Origin: a virus
Taxonomy: Duplodnaviria > Caudoviricetes
Direction: 5' to 3' (one strand)
Virus record (IMG/VR): IMGVR_UViG_3300037361_000044
Coordinates: 1-64,000 of that record
DNA length: 64,000 nucleotides
Of this stretch, positions 46,561 through 58,069 are shown one piece after another. Made by a program: the position numbers and the translations under genes. Position 1 is the stretch's first letter, and the number at the start of each line of letters is the position of its first letter. Below the pieces are notes generated by a model. The model ran no database searches, was not told the origin of the DNA, and worked only from the letters and a program-made list of their open reading frames with translations.

Positions 46561-47368
46561 AGTATACCGAGCAACCAAGAAGAACGACATCTGTGAAGGA
46601 TGCGGTGCATGCTGTGCCCCTGGTATCCTGGGGCAAAGGACTGGGCCCTACTTGGAGATTACACCCGATGACCTCAAGGATGACTTCAAGAGCAAGAAGA
46701 AGCTGGTGGTCAAGGACCAGATGTTCGGGGAGGGTGGCAAGCTATTCCTCCCAGTGATCCGCAGCAACCGTAACGACTTCACCCAATGCGAGCACCTAAT
46801 TGGCATGGTGCTGGGTGGAGGCCGTTGTAGCAGTTATGACACCCGGCCCACAGCTTGTCGTATCTTCGAACCAGGTGGGCACATGTGCCAGACGCTGAGA
46901 CAGGCATGGCTGGTACACCAGGACAAAGTGGTGTGGGAGAGGCTAGCTCATCCCGAGTACAGCCATGATGAGGCAGTCTACGCGGTGGTGGCCAACAGCA
47001 ACTGCCTAAACGTCTACTCCAAGGACCACCACATCCTCGAGTCCTTAGGCACAGGCCCCGATTATGTCCACCTGCGCAGGGTACGGGATGAGGAGCAACG
47101 CGCAAAGGAGACCAAGGTTGAGTACGCAACCCTGGACCTGCCCAAAGACACCGTGTCCCTGGTTGAGCGCAAGCGTATGTACCGCCCGGTGGGGGACTTC
47201 CGGAAGGCCCACATTGCGCACGAGGGTAAGGGCATAGACCCCTCCACGAGCTTTGCTGCCCAGGCTGAACGCAATGTACTGGCTACCCGCCGCCGCAAGG
47301 TGGCAGCCGCCAAGACACGCGCAGCTGAGAGCCCACGACCAAAACGGACAAAAACCAAGACCCGGTGA
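46544..47368 (+). CDS. YkgJ-family (CxxCxxCC) Zn/Fe-S cluster protein
   Basis: CEGCGACC ... CEHL ... CSSYDTRPTACRIF. Confidence 0.8.
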   Translation: MMPTVEVYRATKKNDICEGCGACCAPGILGQRTGPYLEITPDDLKDDFKSKKKLVVKDQMFGEGGKLFLPVIRSNRNDFTQCEHLIGMVLGGGRCSSYDTRPTACRIFEPGGHMCQTLRQAWLVHQDKVVWERLAHPEYSHDEAVYAVVANSNCLNVYSKDHHILESLGTGPDYVHLRRVRDEEQRAKETKVEYATLDLPKDTVSLVERKRMYRPVGDFRKAHIAHEGKGIDPSTSFAAQAERNVLATRRRKVAAAKTRAAESPRPKRTKTKTR

Positions 47369-47382
47369 CCTCGTAGAGTAGT

Positions 47383-47412
47383 AGGGTCCTCCCATCCACC
47401 TGGGAGGGCCCT
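47383..47412 (+). terminator. Intergenic 12 bp hairpin
   Basis: AGGGTCCTCCCA-TCCACC-TGGGAGGGCCCT; no U-tract. Confidence 0.45.
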
Positions 47413-47447
47413 CTGCCCCTCAAAACCCCACCCAGAAAGCTAGCCCC

Positions 47448-47912
47448 ATGACCACCTCCCAAGACCTAAAAGAAGCCTTCGCACTCCTGGACTCCACCCC
47501 TATCAAGCTGGGCGGGAACAACCCTCCCAACACTGCCTCATTCGTAGACGATAACCCAGACAACCCTGTCCAAATCTGCGACTCCAAGGGCAATCAGCTC
47601 TTGCTCATGTCCCTCGAGGACTACGAGGCAGCAAGAGCCTGGAAGCCCGAGGTCGAAGTCACCAAGGAGGGGGATACCCTGGTAGTGGCGCAAATCACAT
47701 TTCCAGAGCCCCTGAACTACCTGGTGTACGTGGCTCCACAGCCCAATGACGAGCTCGCACGGCTGGAGGCCAAGGCCGTGGATGAAATCCTCAGAGGCAG
47801 CATACTCCCAGCCCACATGCTGCAAGGTGCCCCCTTCGGGAATGAAACACCCTTGCCGCCACCCCCAGCTAGGCTTCTGGACCCCAGCCTCAATACCAAG
47901 GACTCGAAGTAA
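47448..47912 (+). CDS. Hypothetical protein
   Basis: 154 aa ORF ending just before the structural gene. Confidence 0.55.
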   Translation: MTTSQDLKEAFALLDSTPIKLGGNNPPNTASFVDDNPDNPVQICDSKGNQLLLMSLEDYEAARAWKPEVEVTKEGDTLVVAQITFPEPLNYLVYVAPQPNDELARLEAKAVDEILRGSILPAHMLQGAPFGNETPLPPPPARLLDPSLNTKDSK

Positions 47913-47913
47913 C

Positions 47914-50900
47914 ATGGCAAACTACACCTCAGCAGAGATTCAAGCAGCAGTTGAGAAGGTCGTGCGGTCATCCGTGCGGAATACTACCGGGGCCCTCGGT
48001 CAGCGGCAGGTTGAAACTTCATTCAGTGACCTGCAGGAGGCAGCCGCGGGTGTCTACATCCTGTACTTCAATGCCCCCTTCTACACCATCTACCTAGGGA
48101 CTACCCGCCTCACGGATGCTGCTGAAACCCAGGCCCAGACCATCAGTGCCCTCATTGATGCCGTCTATGCCACGGATAAGCTCGTAACCCCCATCACTGA
48201 CATCTCACCCATCGCTAACGCCAAGGCAGCCCTCCAAGAGCTCGAAGGCGCAGTCACGGCTAGGTCCCAGAGCTTCAGCGATATCACCAAGGTCCCTGCC
48301 TTCAGAAGGTATGCCCAGAACCTCACCAACTTCATCACCCAGAACGGGGCTAACTTGAAGGGAACCACCATCGACACGGATGAAGGGAGCGAGACGTACG
48401 GGCAGGCAGTCACCGGCATCACAGACACCCCCTCGGGGGCCCGCTCCAGGATTCCAGCCCTCGTGAGGCAGCTCAAGGACCAACATGACGAGCTCATCCG
48501 CCGCGCCAAGCTCCTTTCAGTGGCTCTGGAAGACTTCGGGAGCATGAACCTGCCTCAAGTGGCTGCTCAGGGCGTCATCTCAAGAGCACGCCAGGTTCTG
48601 GACTCCCGCTACGCCGAGCTCGAGGCCCTCAATGAGAATCAGCGCCTGGAGAACCTGCGGGCCATTGTTCTCGATCTCCTCACCCAGCAACCCATCGTCG
48701 AGCAGTACGGGGCTGCACAGGCTCCAAGCCAGTATGTGACCACCCGAGGCATGGCTGTGGCCTACAGCGATGGGACTCACCCAGCTACGCCTGCGGCCTT
48801 GGCCTCCTTGTTGAGGGGCCCTTATCCGACCACGAGCACCAGCCACATCATCGACCTCACCCTGGATGGAGCCACGGCCATCTCCTACCCGCTGCCCATC
48901 TCATTGGTGGCTGAGCTTCAGGGGATACTCACGGCTCCATTCAACATCGATTCAACCAACAACGCGCTGACCATCCTCTTTGGGGATCCCGACGCCTCCC
49001 CAATCACCTTTCACGTAACCCTGCCCTCGGGACTGCACAGTGCCCAGGACTTGGCAGCAGCCGTCAACACAATGACGGGCAGCTCTGGGCTCACATGCGA
49101 GGCCACGTTCTCACCCCTTCGCTACCAATCGAACGTTGTAGTCACCAGCCTGGGTGGGAACAACGCCAGGTTCATAGTCATAGCTGGGGCTCTGACTGGG
49201 CTCGGCATTGACGACGCCTGCGAGATTGATGTGCTCTCGGGTCCTGATGCAGGGACCACATGGACAGTCACAGCTGTAGACCCAGCCGGGGCTTACATGG
49301 ACGCAACTGGATCAGCTCCAGTGACACCCGTGGGTTTGCCAGATGGCATCGAAGTCAAGGTTGGCCCCGCGACTAGGTCACTGCTGCTCAGGGATACGCA
49401 AGAGGCCATAAGCGTGGGCATGCGCAGAGCCATCCAACTGCCAGTGACCAATGGGGTGGAGGACTTGGGTGCAGCCACGCTCGGTTGGTACCCAGGGGCC
49501 TACTCACGCTCGAGACCAGTGGCAGCCAAGGACATCGCCGACAACATCACGGCTTCAAGCACGCAGATGGGAGCAAGCGCTGTATTCGAGACGGCCGTGT
49601 ACGAGGGTGCTGCACGCTCGAGCACAGCAGATGCCGGCATGGTTGTACTATCCAAGTTCCAAGGTAGTGGCACCATCACTGGTGGGCTCACAGCAACATT
49701 CACGTACATAGGTTCTTTCGACGTGGAGCTCTGGGAGGTGTTCGTCATTCGTGGCAGCATCACAGCTGCAGACGTAAACCGCTGGGGCATTGTGTCTTCA
49801 GTCACCTATGGGGCAACTACAACCACTGTGGTTGTGACCTTCTCCCAGGCAGTCACTGCAGGGGACGTGGACATCGAGACTGGTCCTAATGCCTACTTTA
49901 CCTTTGGCGATGTGCTGAAGATCACGAGTGGCAACAACCAAGGGCGCTACGTGGTGCGTGAGGATCGCGGGGTTGGTACAACATGCCCATTGGAGGTGCT
50001 GCTTGAATCGGCTGTGCCTGCGCCCAAGGATGGTGCCAACGCTGTGAGCTTCAACGTGCAGCTAGGCCAGGAGTATGTGGTATTCCAAAGCAAGAGCAAG
50101 CTCAATACCAGTAGAGTGACCGTGACTGGCGGCAGTGCTTCATCCTTGTTCTTCCCTACGTTGCCAGCCACAGCAGCAGGTACAACACCATACCTACGCT
50201 TCGAGTCATTCCCTTCGGGCGCCACTGTTGGGGATGTGCTTCAGATCTTCCAAACCGACTACAGCGTTGTTACTAGGCAGTTCGACATCAAGACGCTGGA
50301 GCAGGGTACGCGCGTGGTGAAGGTGAGCCCAGACTTCGAGGTGACTGCCAGCTACTCCTTTGCATTCGACACGCCAGCGCCCTTTGGGCGCATTCGGGTA
50401 TCCAAGGTTGCTGACTACACCACGTTGAAGAGCCGCCTCACGGCGTGGCTGGCCCTTGCCCCGCAGCAGGAGTTGTACTGGCGTAGCTTGACTGCTGTGC
50501 TCAACCCGGTGCTGAGCAACAACAACCCCACAGCCCAGCAGGTGAACGACGCTGTGCACCTACTGCTAACCATGCTCGAGGAGCTCACTGAGAGCGGGGC
50601 TGCTCTCACCTCGGCGGATGCCACAAAGACTCTGCGGTATGCGCTCGTGGAGTACGTGGCCCCAGCAGAGGAGCCTGTGGATACACTGCTCACCACTTTC
50701 AGGCATAAGGGAGCTGATAGGGCGATTGACCTCCTACTTGAGGGGCAGTTCAGTGTCTTCTTTGGTTTGGACGCCGATGGCGTCAGCTATTCGGGCCGGC
50801 TGTTGAGCAGCCTGCGCACGATGACCAGAGAAGACCTGCCAGTACGCAAGTTTGGCAGAGGCAAGGCTGCACAGACCCTCATCGGGCAGTCACAGGAGCA

Positions 50901-50997
50901 GACGGACTACGAGTTCAATGCCGACGACGCCGATTCACCCAATCAACCTGACATACCAATTGGCTCGGATGTACCGGGCACAGGAGCAAGTTACTGA
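47914..50997 (+). CDS. Large putative virion structural protein
   Basis: Start MANYTSAEI; helical ends with a Thr/Gly/Val beta-rich middle (EIDVLSGPDAG.W, LKITSGNNQGRY). Confidence 0.6.
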   Translation: MANYTSAEIQAAVEKVVRSSVRNTTGALGQRQVETSFSDLQEAAAGVYILYFNAPFYTIYLGTTRLTDAAETQAQTISALIDAVYATDKLVTPITDISPIANAKAALQELEGAVTARSQSFSDITKVPAFRRYAQNLTNFITQNGANLKGTTIDTDEGSETYGQAVTGITDTPSGARSRIPALVRQLKDQHDELIRRAKLLSVALEDFGSMNLPQVAAQGVISRARQVLDSRYAELEALNENQRLENLRAIVLDLLTQQPIVEQYGAAQAPSQYVTTRGMAVAYSDGTHPATPAALASLLRGPYPTTSTSHIIDLTLDGATAISYPLPISLVAELQGILTAPFNIDSTNNALTILFGDPDASPITFHVTLPSGLHSAQDLAAAVNTMTGSSGLTCEATFSPLRYQSNVVVTSLGGNNARFIVIAGALTGLGIDDACEIDVLSGPDAGTTWTVTAVDPAGAYMDATGSAPVTPVGLPDGIEVKVGPATRSLLLRDTQEAISVGMRRAIQLPVTNGVEDLGAATLGWYPGAYSRSRPVAAKDIADNITASSTQMGASAVFETAVYEGAARSSTADAGMVVLSKFQGSGTITGGLTATFTYIGSFDVELWEVFVIRGSITAADVNRWGIVSSVTYGATTTTVVVTFSQAVTAGDVDIETGPNAYFTFGDVLKITSGNNQGRYVVREDRGVGTTCPLEVLLESAVPAPKDGANAVSFNVQLGQEYVVFQSKSKLNTSRVTVTGGSASSLFFPTLPATAAGTTPYLRFESFPSGATVGDVLQIFQTDYSVVTRQFDIKTLEQGTRVVKVSPDFEVTASYSFAFDTPAPFGRIRVSKVADYTTLKSRLTAWLALAPQQELYWRSLTAVLNPVLSNNNPTAQQVNDAVHLLLTMLEELTESGAALTSADATKTLRYALVEYVAPAEEPVDTLLTTFRHKGADRAIDLLLEGQFSVFFGLDADGVSYSGRLLSSLRTMTREDLPVRKFGRGKAAQTLIGQSQEQTDYEFNADDADSPNQPDIPIGSDVPGTGASY

Positions 50998-53900
50998 TGG
51001 AAACCAAACTAACAATAGAGCTCACGTTACAAGATGGCCAATGGGGCAGCGGAGATGCGCTGTACATGCCGCTGGTGAAAGTGAGTGTAGACGGTAAGCC
51101 CATTAGCTGCCTAACGTACCTGCGGTTGGCAGCTTCCAGCGAGTTACCGGAGGGCCCTTGCCTCACTTTTAGTGTGGGGCGCATGGACTTCAAGCTCGCA
51201 CCTAACGAGGAGGCACCCCCAGGCTGGGCGGAGTTTTTGGAGAAGGTCGCAGAGGAGGATAAGCTGCTACTGCCATTCCGGCAGGTGGGAGGCGGCTACT
51301 GATGAAGAAGATAGCCAGGTACCGCGACACGCTGGCTGAGCTTCAGCAGCAGGAAGAGAGTGAACGCGCCGCCATGAATGCTGGGCCTGCGAAGGAGCTG
51401 CACCTCGATAGTGACGGCTATCTACACGGTACAGCCGGTTGGCAGCGCGCTCTCAAAGATCCGGAGAACTGGGAGGCCCTGTGGTGTGGTGGCCTCTGGG
51501 TGAAGCACGAGATCTGGACTACGTGGGAAGACGTTGACGAGAGCGCTCGATTTCAGAGAGTGAACGATAAGCCGATTACGCACGAGGAACTTAATGGCTA
51601 ATACAATAATCAGTTCAAGCACGAAGCACTCCATCAACGACACGCCGCTACAGGAAACTGAGCGCAAGGTCATCTACGACTTGCTGATGGACTTGCGGGA
51701 CGGGGCTCTGCGGGATCCAGAAGTCCCACCACTGAATGAGCTGTTCGCTGCTGTGGAGTTCACAGCGCATGCGGATGGCGAGACGCTGGTTGTTGAAGGC
51801 GCACTGCTGGAGCGTAGACGCATGAGCGAGTGCTTGTCCCCAGAGGTCGTCGAGATGGTGAAATCGCTGCCGGTCGAAGAGGACACCTGGCTGCTTGTGG
51901 TCTACCATCCTCAGGGCGTTGGTGTGTTCAACGTGCGAGTGCCGGGCGTGTCCGCCTCAGCAGCGACTGAGCCTCAAGCAGCTAGCGTCAAGCCCACCAA
52001 CGACCAGCTGCATGAGCAGCTAGGTGAGCATCTGCAGTTGAGCCGAGTGCAGACTGGGCGCATCCTGCAGGAGGTAGAACGCCTTTGCGCACTGCGCTTG
52101 GAGATCCCCAACGCACCACCAGTGCATGAGATGGTGGCCATCATCCACGTAGAAAACAGTGGCCAACTGCATGGGGCGCTCGCTGACCATGGCGAATTGG
52201 TCAAGGTCACAAGCGCGCAGGTGCAGAAGGCTTTGCTCGAGACCCCAGGCAAGTCACCAGGCAAGATGCTCGTGATGCTGATTGCGGAATCTGGCAAGGG
52301 CGGGGTCTTCTCGGTCATCGTGGAGGACTTGCCCAGCATCAATGCCAAGGGCGCTCGTGGAGTGATGAACTAGGGTAGGTAGTAATCATGCTTGTTCGAA
52401 TACGATGGGAGCCCGGTAAGTATTCCATCTCCATACCCGTTGACGAACCCGGCGAAGAGCAGCAGCAAAGGGTGCTGCTCGACGTGGAGGAGTTTGCGAT
52501 GGAGTTGACCAACGTCTATGACGTAAAGCCAGTTGTCAGCCGTTCCCGGCTGGCTTTGAGTGTGCACGCAGTGGAAGGAACGGACTGCGGGAAGTACATC
52601 GTCCGTCTTGTGTTCCTGGTTGAGGCACACTTGGATGCTAGCCTGTTCCTGCTGCGCGCCACGCCGCCCACGGCAAACAAGTTCGGACGCTTCATTGTGA
52701 CCGAGCGGCTCTGGTACCTACCGCCAGTGACTGCAGAGATAGAAGAGGCCTTGAGGCTTCAGAAGGAAGTAGATGAGATCGAGACAACCGGACTTGGTTG
52801 ACCGCTGGCCTGGAGACCCTCCACGCTATCGGCACTATGACTTCGAGCTACCAACAGACGCCAGGTTCTTGACTGCACATCGAGAGCCCGTGCGCCCCAT
52901 GGAGCTGGACTTCGACTACGTGCTGGACATGCACTCCATCTTCGTGCAGAGCGGAACGCCTTGCCCAGGGTGTGGCGTATGCCGAAAGGACTTACGATGA
53001 TAGCACGCAGACTCACTGGTGGAGACCTGGTGCGCCCGCAGCCGGGGCATTGGGACGACCTGCGTACGTACTTGCACCCGGAGTGGCCAACGACTCCACC
53101 TATTTGCTTTGTGGTGGCCAGGTGGATCGCTGAGCAGAAGGGGTTACTATGAAGTACTACGTGGTTGCTGGCAGCAACAAGCATGGCGACTTGGTGGTGC
53201 TGGACACGTATAGAGGCTGGTTTATCTACGGAGTACCTGACGTACAAAGCTACATTCTTGGTCGCCCCTTCAGGAGCCACTCAGAGTGCAAGCGTGCGGC
53301 AAGACGTGCGCTGCGCCTGTTCCCCAACTACCACCTAGTGCCGACAGAGGTGGTCAGCGGCGGTAAACACCATAAGGCTGTAGAATCGGAGGCATGAGTC
53401 ACAGCCAAGGACCATACACACTGGACGAGGATACGAGCCCTCAGACCCCCGAGGCTCTGAGGGCCGCACTTCAACGAGGAATACGCGTGAGCAAAATGAC
53501 CGATACCTGCACAATAGTGCGCAAAGAGCATGGCGTGTCCACGGTTGTGGCTATGGCGCTCAAAGATGACCCGAGCATGAAGCTTGTTGCCCTTGGGCGT
53601 TGCTACGACTGCTACAACTTGCACGCACCCTACATGGTGAAGGACGCCGTGTGGACGCGCGCCTGGCCAAACTACACAGCTGTTCGAGCTAGGATTCAAT
53701 CCCTGTTCCCGGCTAAGGTCCACCTGGACCTATGCCTCAACTGCCTTGTTCTGCGCCTTGGGCGGGACTTGGCTTTGGAGGACCTTACGGATAAGCCAAT
53801 CAACGACTCTATTGTGCTTGGCTACACGATGGGGCGTGCCTTCGAAAGGGGCCTTGCAAGATGACCACAGAAACCACAGCGTACCTCGCCTACGGCGTTG

Positions 53901-56207
53901 TCCTGCAAGAGGGTGACATTGACTACCCCGATGAGTTCGGGAATGCTGTAGTCGCCTCGAATGCATTGTCGTTGGCGTGCTTTGGCAATTCCTCGGAGTG
54001 CACCCGAATCCTCTGCATCAAGTCGTCAGTGATCAAGACGCAGTGGCATCCGCAACGCGTGGCGCTGGGCCTCGACGCGCTAATCGCCGCACAGGACTGG
54101 AATGGGCTACTTCTGCGCCTCTGCGGCAACCACAATAAGAAGATGGAGGCCACTCCCAGCTGGCTCCTCTTCTTCACGAGGTTGTGATGATCGGTTGGCA
54201 TGACCCTGCTGTGCAGATGCCTCCTGTGGGGCTTCTTGTTCACGTCAAGCTTCGCCACTACACTTTTGGCGCTGTCGTCAAAGCTGAGATGAAGCATGTG
54301 GACGACGACGATTGCGCTTGGCGCTTCGATACAGGGGACGAGCTCAGCCTCACCTACGACGTCATTAGGTGGCGGTACATGGGCTGTTGGCTGGTGCTCT
54401 TCCTCATGTGGCTTGGTTTGCTGCCAGGCCACCATACGCATGACCCAAGGCTGCGTACTCCAGAGATGGAGGTTTGGCTCACCGAGGAAGCTGCTAGAGC
54501 AAAACGGAATAAGATACTTGCCAGGAAGAACCTGCGTGTCGAGCAGAAGGGGAGGGAGAAACAGAGAAAGCTTCGGCAGAAGTACAACCGATGGCGTAAC
54601 TGGAACAAGATTGGTGGGTGGCGATGAAGAACTTCGGTGTTGACCAGGCCACTTTCATGGCGTGGGCAGGTCCAGGGCAGCTACGGCTGGACAAGAGCGT
54701 GGTATTCACGCTGGATGGCAGCAAGCTGCCCAAGAAGAGCCTGCTGCTCAAGGTACTTGATTCTTTGGACTCTGGGGAGGTCGTAGACCTTCTCAACAGG
54801 GACGCCGAGGTAATCGCCCATGTGGAGTTCACAAAGGATGGCTACATAGGAACTTGGCTGTAAGCTAGGCGGTTGTGAGGACCCAATGCCAATGACAGTA
54901 GACAAGGTATTCTTGGCCACGCTGACTGAGCTCGAGAAGATGTCTTCGCCTGCCCCCTGGGAAGTCCCAGAGGGGCCAGGCGGCTCTGCTTTTGTTGGTG
55001 GGCAACGCTGCGTGGTGGTGCAGAGTTCGAAGACGCGGGCGATTGTGGCGTACGTGCCCAAGAGCCAATGGAGCAGCGCCACAGACCATGAGCTGATAGT
55101 GGCGATGCGAAATGGACTACCTGCACTTCTCGAGGAGATCTCTCGCTTGAAGAAGCGGGTGTTCGAGCTCGAAGAGCTGATTGATGGCGACGGCAAGTGA
55201 CGGTTCTAACGAAGTTGATGGTGTGCGCGGTAGGCGGGCTGCTTCTAGTGGCCCTCTCTGCCGTGTGCTCGCTACGAGAGAGGAAAGAACAGCAACATGA
55301 GCGAAGTACAACTGATCGGGGTAACGAAGGGCATTAGCAAGCCGTCCAAGGTATTGGCCACCTTGGTGGAGCTGAACACATCAAGCCTGGTTCTGCCAGG
55401 GATGCCCGAGCGGCCTGCTGCAGATCCGAACATGAAGTTCCTGATGATCTGCATGCTGCCAACGCCGCAAGGGCAAATCCCTGTGGTTGTGGGAGGCCCG
55501 ACCAGGGGTGCCGTGGAGGCAGCTTTCAAGCTGAAGCTCTCTGACGCCCTGGTGCAGATGAGCGTTGTCTCCATGCAGCAAGTGGAGGTTGAGGTCCCTG
55601 GTGGCTAACGCTGCACGCCCAGCACCACTCACGCGCACTTTCAACAACTTGGAGCTGGCGTACACGCCTGGTCACGATTGGGTTGTGATTAGAGCCAGCT
55701 ACAAGGACTTCATCCACGGGTACGTGCTGGATGTGACAGGATCTCCCAAGCTTGAGCTGTCACTTGGGACTACTATCACGTTCGCTACGCTGTCAGTTCT
55801 GCAGGAGTTCGTGAAGACCTTGCTGGAGGGCACTACGCATGAACAAGCCGATAGCAGTGGTTGATGGTCTTGTCATCGAGGATGGCGACCGCGTGCTATT
55901 CAAGGGGCAGCCCAAAGCGCGCAACAATGGTGTGTACGAGGTGCGTCGCGTACAAGCACGCATTTGCGACATTGGCCCGGAGTTGAAGGGCAGTGCTATG
56001 GCCAAGGTTGCGCAGCGGGCAGTGGAGGCGCTAACGGTGCTCCCTGTGCACGGGCTGATTACGGACATGGAGTCTCGCAAGCTTGCGCAGCGCATTCAGA
56101 GGTACGTAGCAAAGTACGGGATGTCCTTGATCACCACTGGCTTCAAGCAGTACGCGATACGCCGGCTGGAGGAAGATACACCGAAGAAGGCTTCGAAGAA
56201 GAAGTAA
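50997..56207 (+). other. Run of small hypothetical genes (50997-51302, 51302-51601, 51594-52373, 52388-52801, 52773-53000, 53149-53397, 53394-53864, 53861-54187, 54184-54627, 54624-54863, 54886-55200, 55297-55608, 55601-55864, 55839-56207)
   Basis: Tiled ORFs with stop/start overlaps. Confidence 0.6.
54886..55200 (+). CDS. Ead/Ea22-like protein
   Basis: SPAPWEV...DHELIVAMRNGLPALLEEISRLK pattern. Confidence 0.55.
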   Translation: MPMTVDKVFLATLTELEKMSSPAPWEVPEGPGGSAFVGGQRCVVVQSSKTRAIVAYVPKSQWSSATDHELIVAMRNGLPALLEEISRLKKRVFELEELIDGDGK

Positions 56208-56213
56208 AGGAGA

Positions 56214-56244
56214 GGCGGCGTCTTGCCACGCGCAAGGCGCCGCC
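56214..56244. terminator. 13 bp hairpin between convergent genes
   Basis: GGCGGCGTCTTGC-CACGC-GCAAGGCGCCGCC. Confidence 0.55.
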
Positions 56245-56255
56245 ACTGCATCCTG

Positions 56256-56633
56256 CTAGAGCGGGAAGTTCAGGCTCGCTTTGGTGGCGGCGAAGACCTC
56301 TTCGTCGATCTCCATGCCGTCGTCCGTAGCCTTGGCACCTGGGAACTTGGCTTCCAGGCTCTGATCGAGTCGAATTGCCAGCTCCGTTTGCTTTTCAATT
56401 AGCTCCTCAGGGCGGATGAGTCCACGTTGCAGCAGCACCTCCACCAGTGCATCTAGCTTTACGCCCTTGCGCATGGAGTTCTCATGCAGGTCTTGCAACG
56501 CGCGGTTGGCCCCATCCACGTCGTCACGCGTTCCGAGCTGCCAGAGGGAGTAGACCTCCTTCCACTGCACGACGCGATTCATGACTTTGGCGTAGTAGTT
56601 CTTCAAGGTTTCGATTCGTCTCTGGTTGCACAT
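56256..56633 (-). CDS. Hypothetical protein, paralogue of 61417..61788
   Basis: Shared NR..W....WQLGTR..DG, L..LL...G, LEA.FPG..A..DG..ID.E.F. Confidence 0.75.
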   Translation of the reverse strand: MCNQRRIETLKNYYAKVMNRVVQWKEVYSLWQLGTRDDVDGANRALQDLHENSMRKGVKLDALVEVLLQRGLIRPEELIEKQTELAIRLDQSLEAKFPGAKATDDGMEIDEEVFAATKASLNFPL

Positions 56634-56641
56634 GGTACTTG

Positions 56642-57259
56642 TTACTCCGTGGTGTAGCTCTGGATCTCAGGAGCGCCGGCGATGTACGTGGCGCAGGCTG
56701 CGTCAACACCGGCGATGGTGGTTGCTGCCTGCAGGTCTTGGATGACGGTCTCTGCTGCGGTAAAGAGTCCGGTGACATAGACGCCAAGGGCTTCGACCAC
56801 AGCAGTGAACCCGTTAGCATTGGTAATGTCGATGTACGTGCTTCCATCTCTGGAGTGCACGCGGAAGGGGTAGCTGATACCCAATGAGGCCCACTTGCCA
56901 CCGATGGACTGCCAATACAACCAGCGTCCTTGGTCCTTGTCCGTGGTTGCGGTGTACTTGCCCGAGCCTGCGGGGTATTCAACGCCCTGCCCGAACTCAA
57001 TGTGGGCCTCTCTGGCGTTGCACACCTCGTTGACCTTCTGGGCTTTGTACGTTACAAGCTCGGCGGCATCCACCACCGCTTTCTCCTCTGTCGTCATCTC
57101 AACGAGGAGGTCACCGACAATCTTGATGTACTTGAGAGGTACAGTTCCGAGGATGGTGAGATCCGGGTTGATGATCCAGTCAGACACCGGGTAGTCGGGA
57201 GTGTTCACGCTGTACAGTATCTGGATAGGTACTGCAGTTCGGTTCACTACGTTGGCCAT
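56642..57259 (-). CDS. DUF4376-like tail-fibre-associated protein
   Basis: EMTTEEKAVVDAA..KAQKVNEVCNARE...LQAATTIAGVDA; AAGGA RBS. Confidence 0.5.
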   Translation of the reverse strand: MANVVNRTAVPIQILYSVNTPDYPVSDWIINPDLTILGTVPLKYIKIVGDLLVEMTTEEKAVVDAAELVTYKAQKVNEVCNAREAHIEFGQGVEYPAGSGKYTATTDKDQGRWLYWQSIGGKWASLGISYPFRVHSRDGSTYIDITNANGFTAVVEALGVYVTGLFTAAETVIQDLQAATTIAGVDAACATYIAGAPEIQSYTTE

Positions 57260-57296
57260 GCGTTTCCTTTCCTGCGCAACAGCGCGCAGTACTACG

Positions 57297-57306
57297 ATGG
57301 TACCAT
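57297..57306. promoter_or_regulatory. Palindromic ATGGTACCAT (TGnTAnnnT on both strands)
   Basis: In the divergent intergenic region upstream of 57259. Confidence 0.4.
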
Positions 57307-57311
57307 CCAGC

Positions 57312-57339
57312 CGAAGTAGCCAAGCATTCAGGGCATAAG
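57312..57339 (+). promoter_or_regulatory. Phage promoter CGAA-N16-GGCATAAG
   Basis: Motif variant; predicted +1 is the first G of the GGAGG RBS. Confidence 0.72.
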
Positions 57340-57359
57340 AGCTTTGGAGGCATTGCTAC

Positions 57360-57671
57360 ATGCTGAAGTTGAAAGTGTTTGTTATGAAGACGAAGAAGGA
57401 ACTACTTGAGGCGGGCGCCATCTGGCCCGAGGGATTCCAGGCACCCAACAGCCTCAACGAGAAGATTGCAGAGCTTGTGCGCAAACACGAGCAGCTGCTG
57501 GCATTCATTGTCTTTCAGATGGGGCAGTGCATGGACCAGAACGTGAAGGATCTACTGGGGTACCTTTGCGGGAAGTATACGCAGTTGGAGTTCCCAGAGA
57601 GTATTGAAGCAACTACATTCAGGCACGTGGACACCCGGGCTGCCTTTGCCAAGTTGGATACAAAATCATGA
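57360..57671 (+). CDS. Hypothetical protein
   Basis: Promoter plus GGAGG. Confidence 0.65.
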   Translation: MLKLKVFVMKTKKELLEAGAIWPEGFQAPNSLNEKIAELVRKHEQLLAFIVFQMGQCMDQNVKDLLGYLCGKYTQLEFPESIEATTFRHVDTRAAFAKLDTKS

Positions 57672-58069
57672 CCGATCGATACCATGGGTTTGTCGTCACC
57701 CTACAAGACGACGTACGTTCGGATGACGCTGACGACCTCATCAAGGCGCTCTCCATGGTGAAGGGCGTAATCTCTGTGCGTCCAAATGTCGGTGACGGCA
57801 TGCTCGGTATGGCAACTGACCGCGTGAAGCATCGCTACTACATGGCTATGCACGATGCCGTGCGCGGAGTATTCGAGGACACCTCCAAGCAGCAGCTCGT
57901 GTACCCGCCGCCCATGAAGAAGCGATTCATGGAGCCTTGGCAGTGGTCAGCCATCTTCTTCATCAGCTTGGCCGCAGCTTTGGCCATCATCGTGGTGGGG
58001 GTGCACATAAAAGATACGCGCGTGGAGGCGCTACAGCGGATGGAGAAGGCGTGCCGAGTCCCACGCTGA
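57668..58069 (+). CDS. Hypothetical membrane protein
   Basis: TM helix WSAIFFISLAAALAIIVVGV. Confidence 0.6.
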   Translation: MTDRYHGFVVTLQDDVRSDDADDLIKALSMVKGVISVRPNVGDGMLGMATDRVKHRYYMAMHDAVRGVFEDTSKQQLVYPPPMKKRFMEPWQWSAIFFISLAAALAIIVVGVHIKDTRVEALQRMEKACRVPR

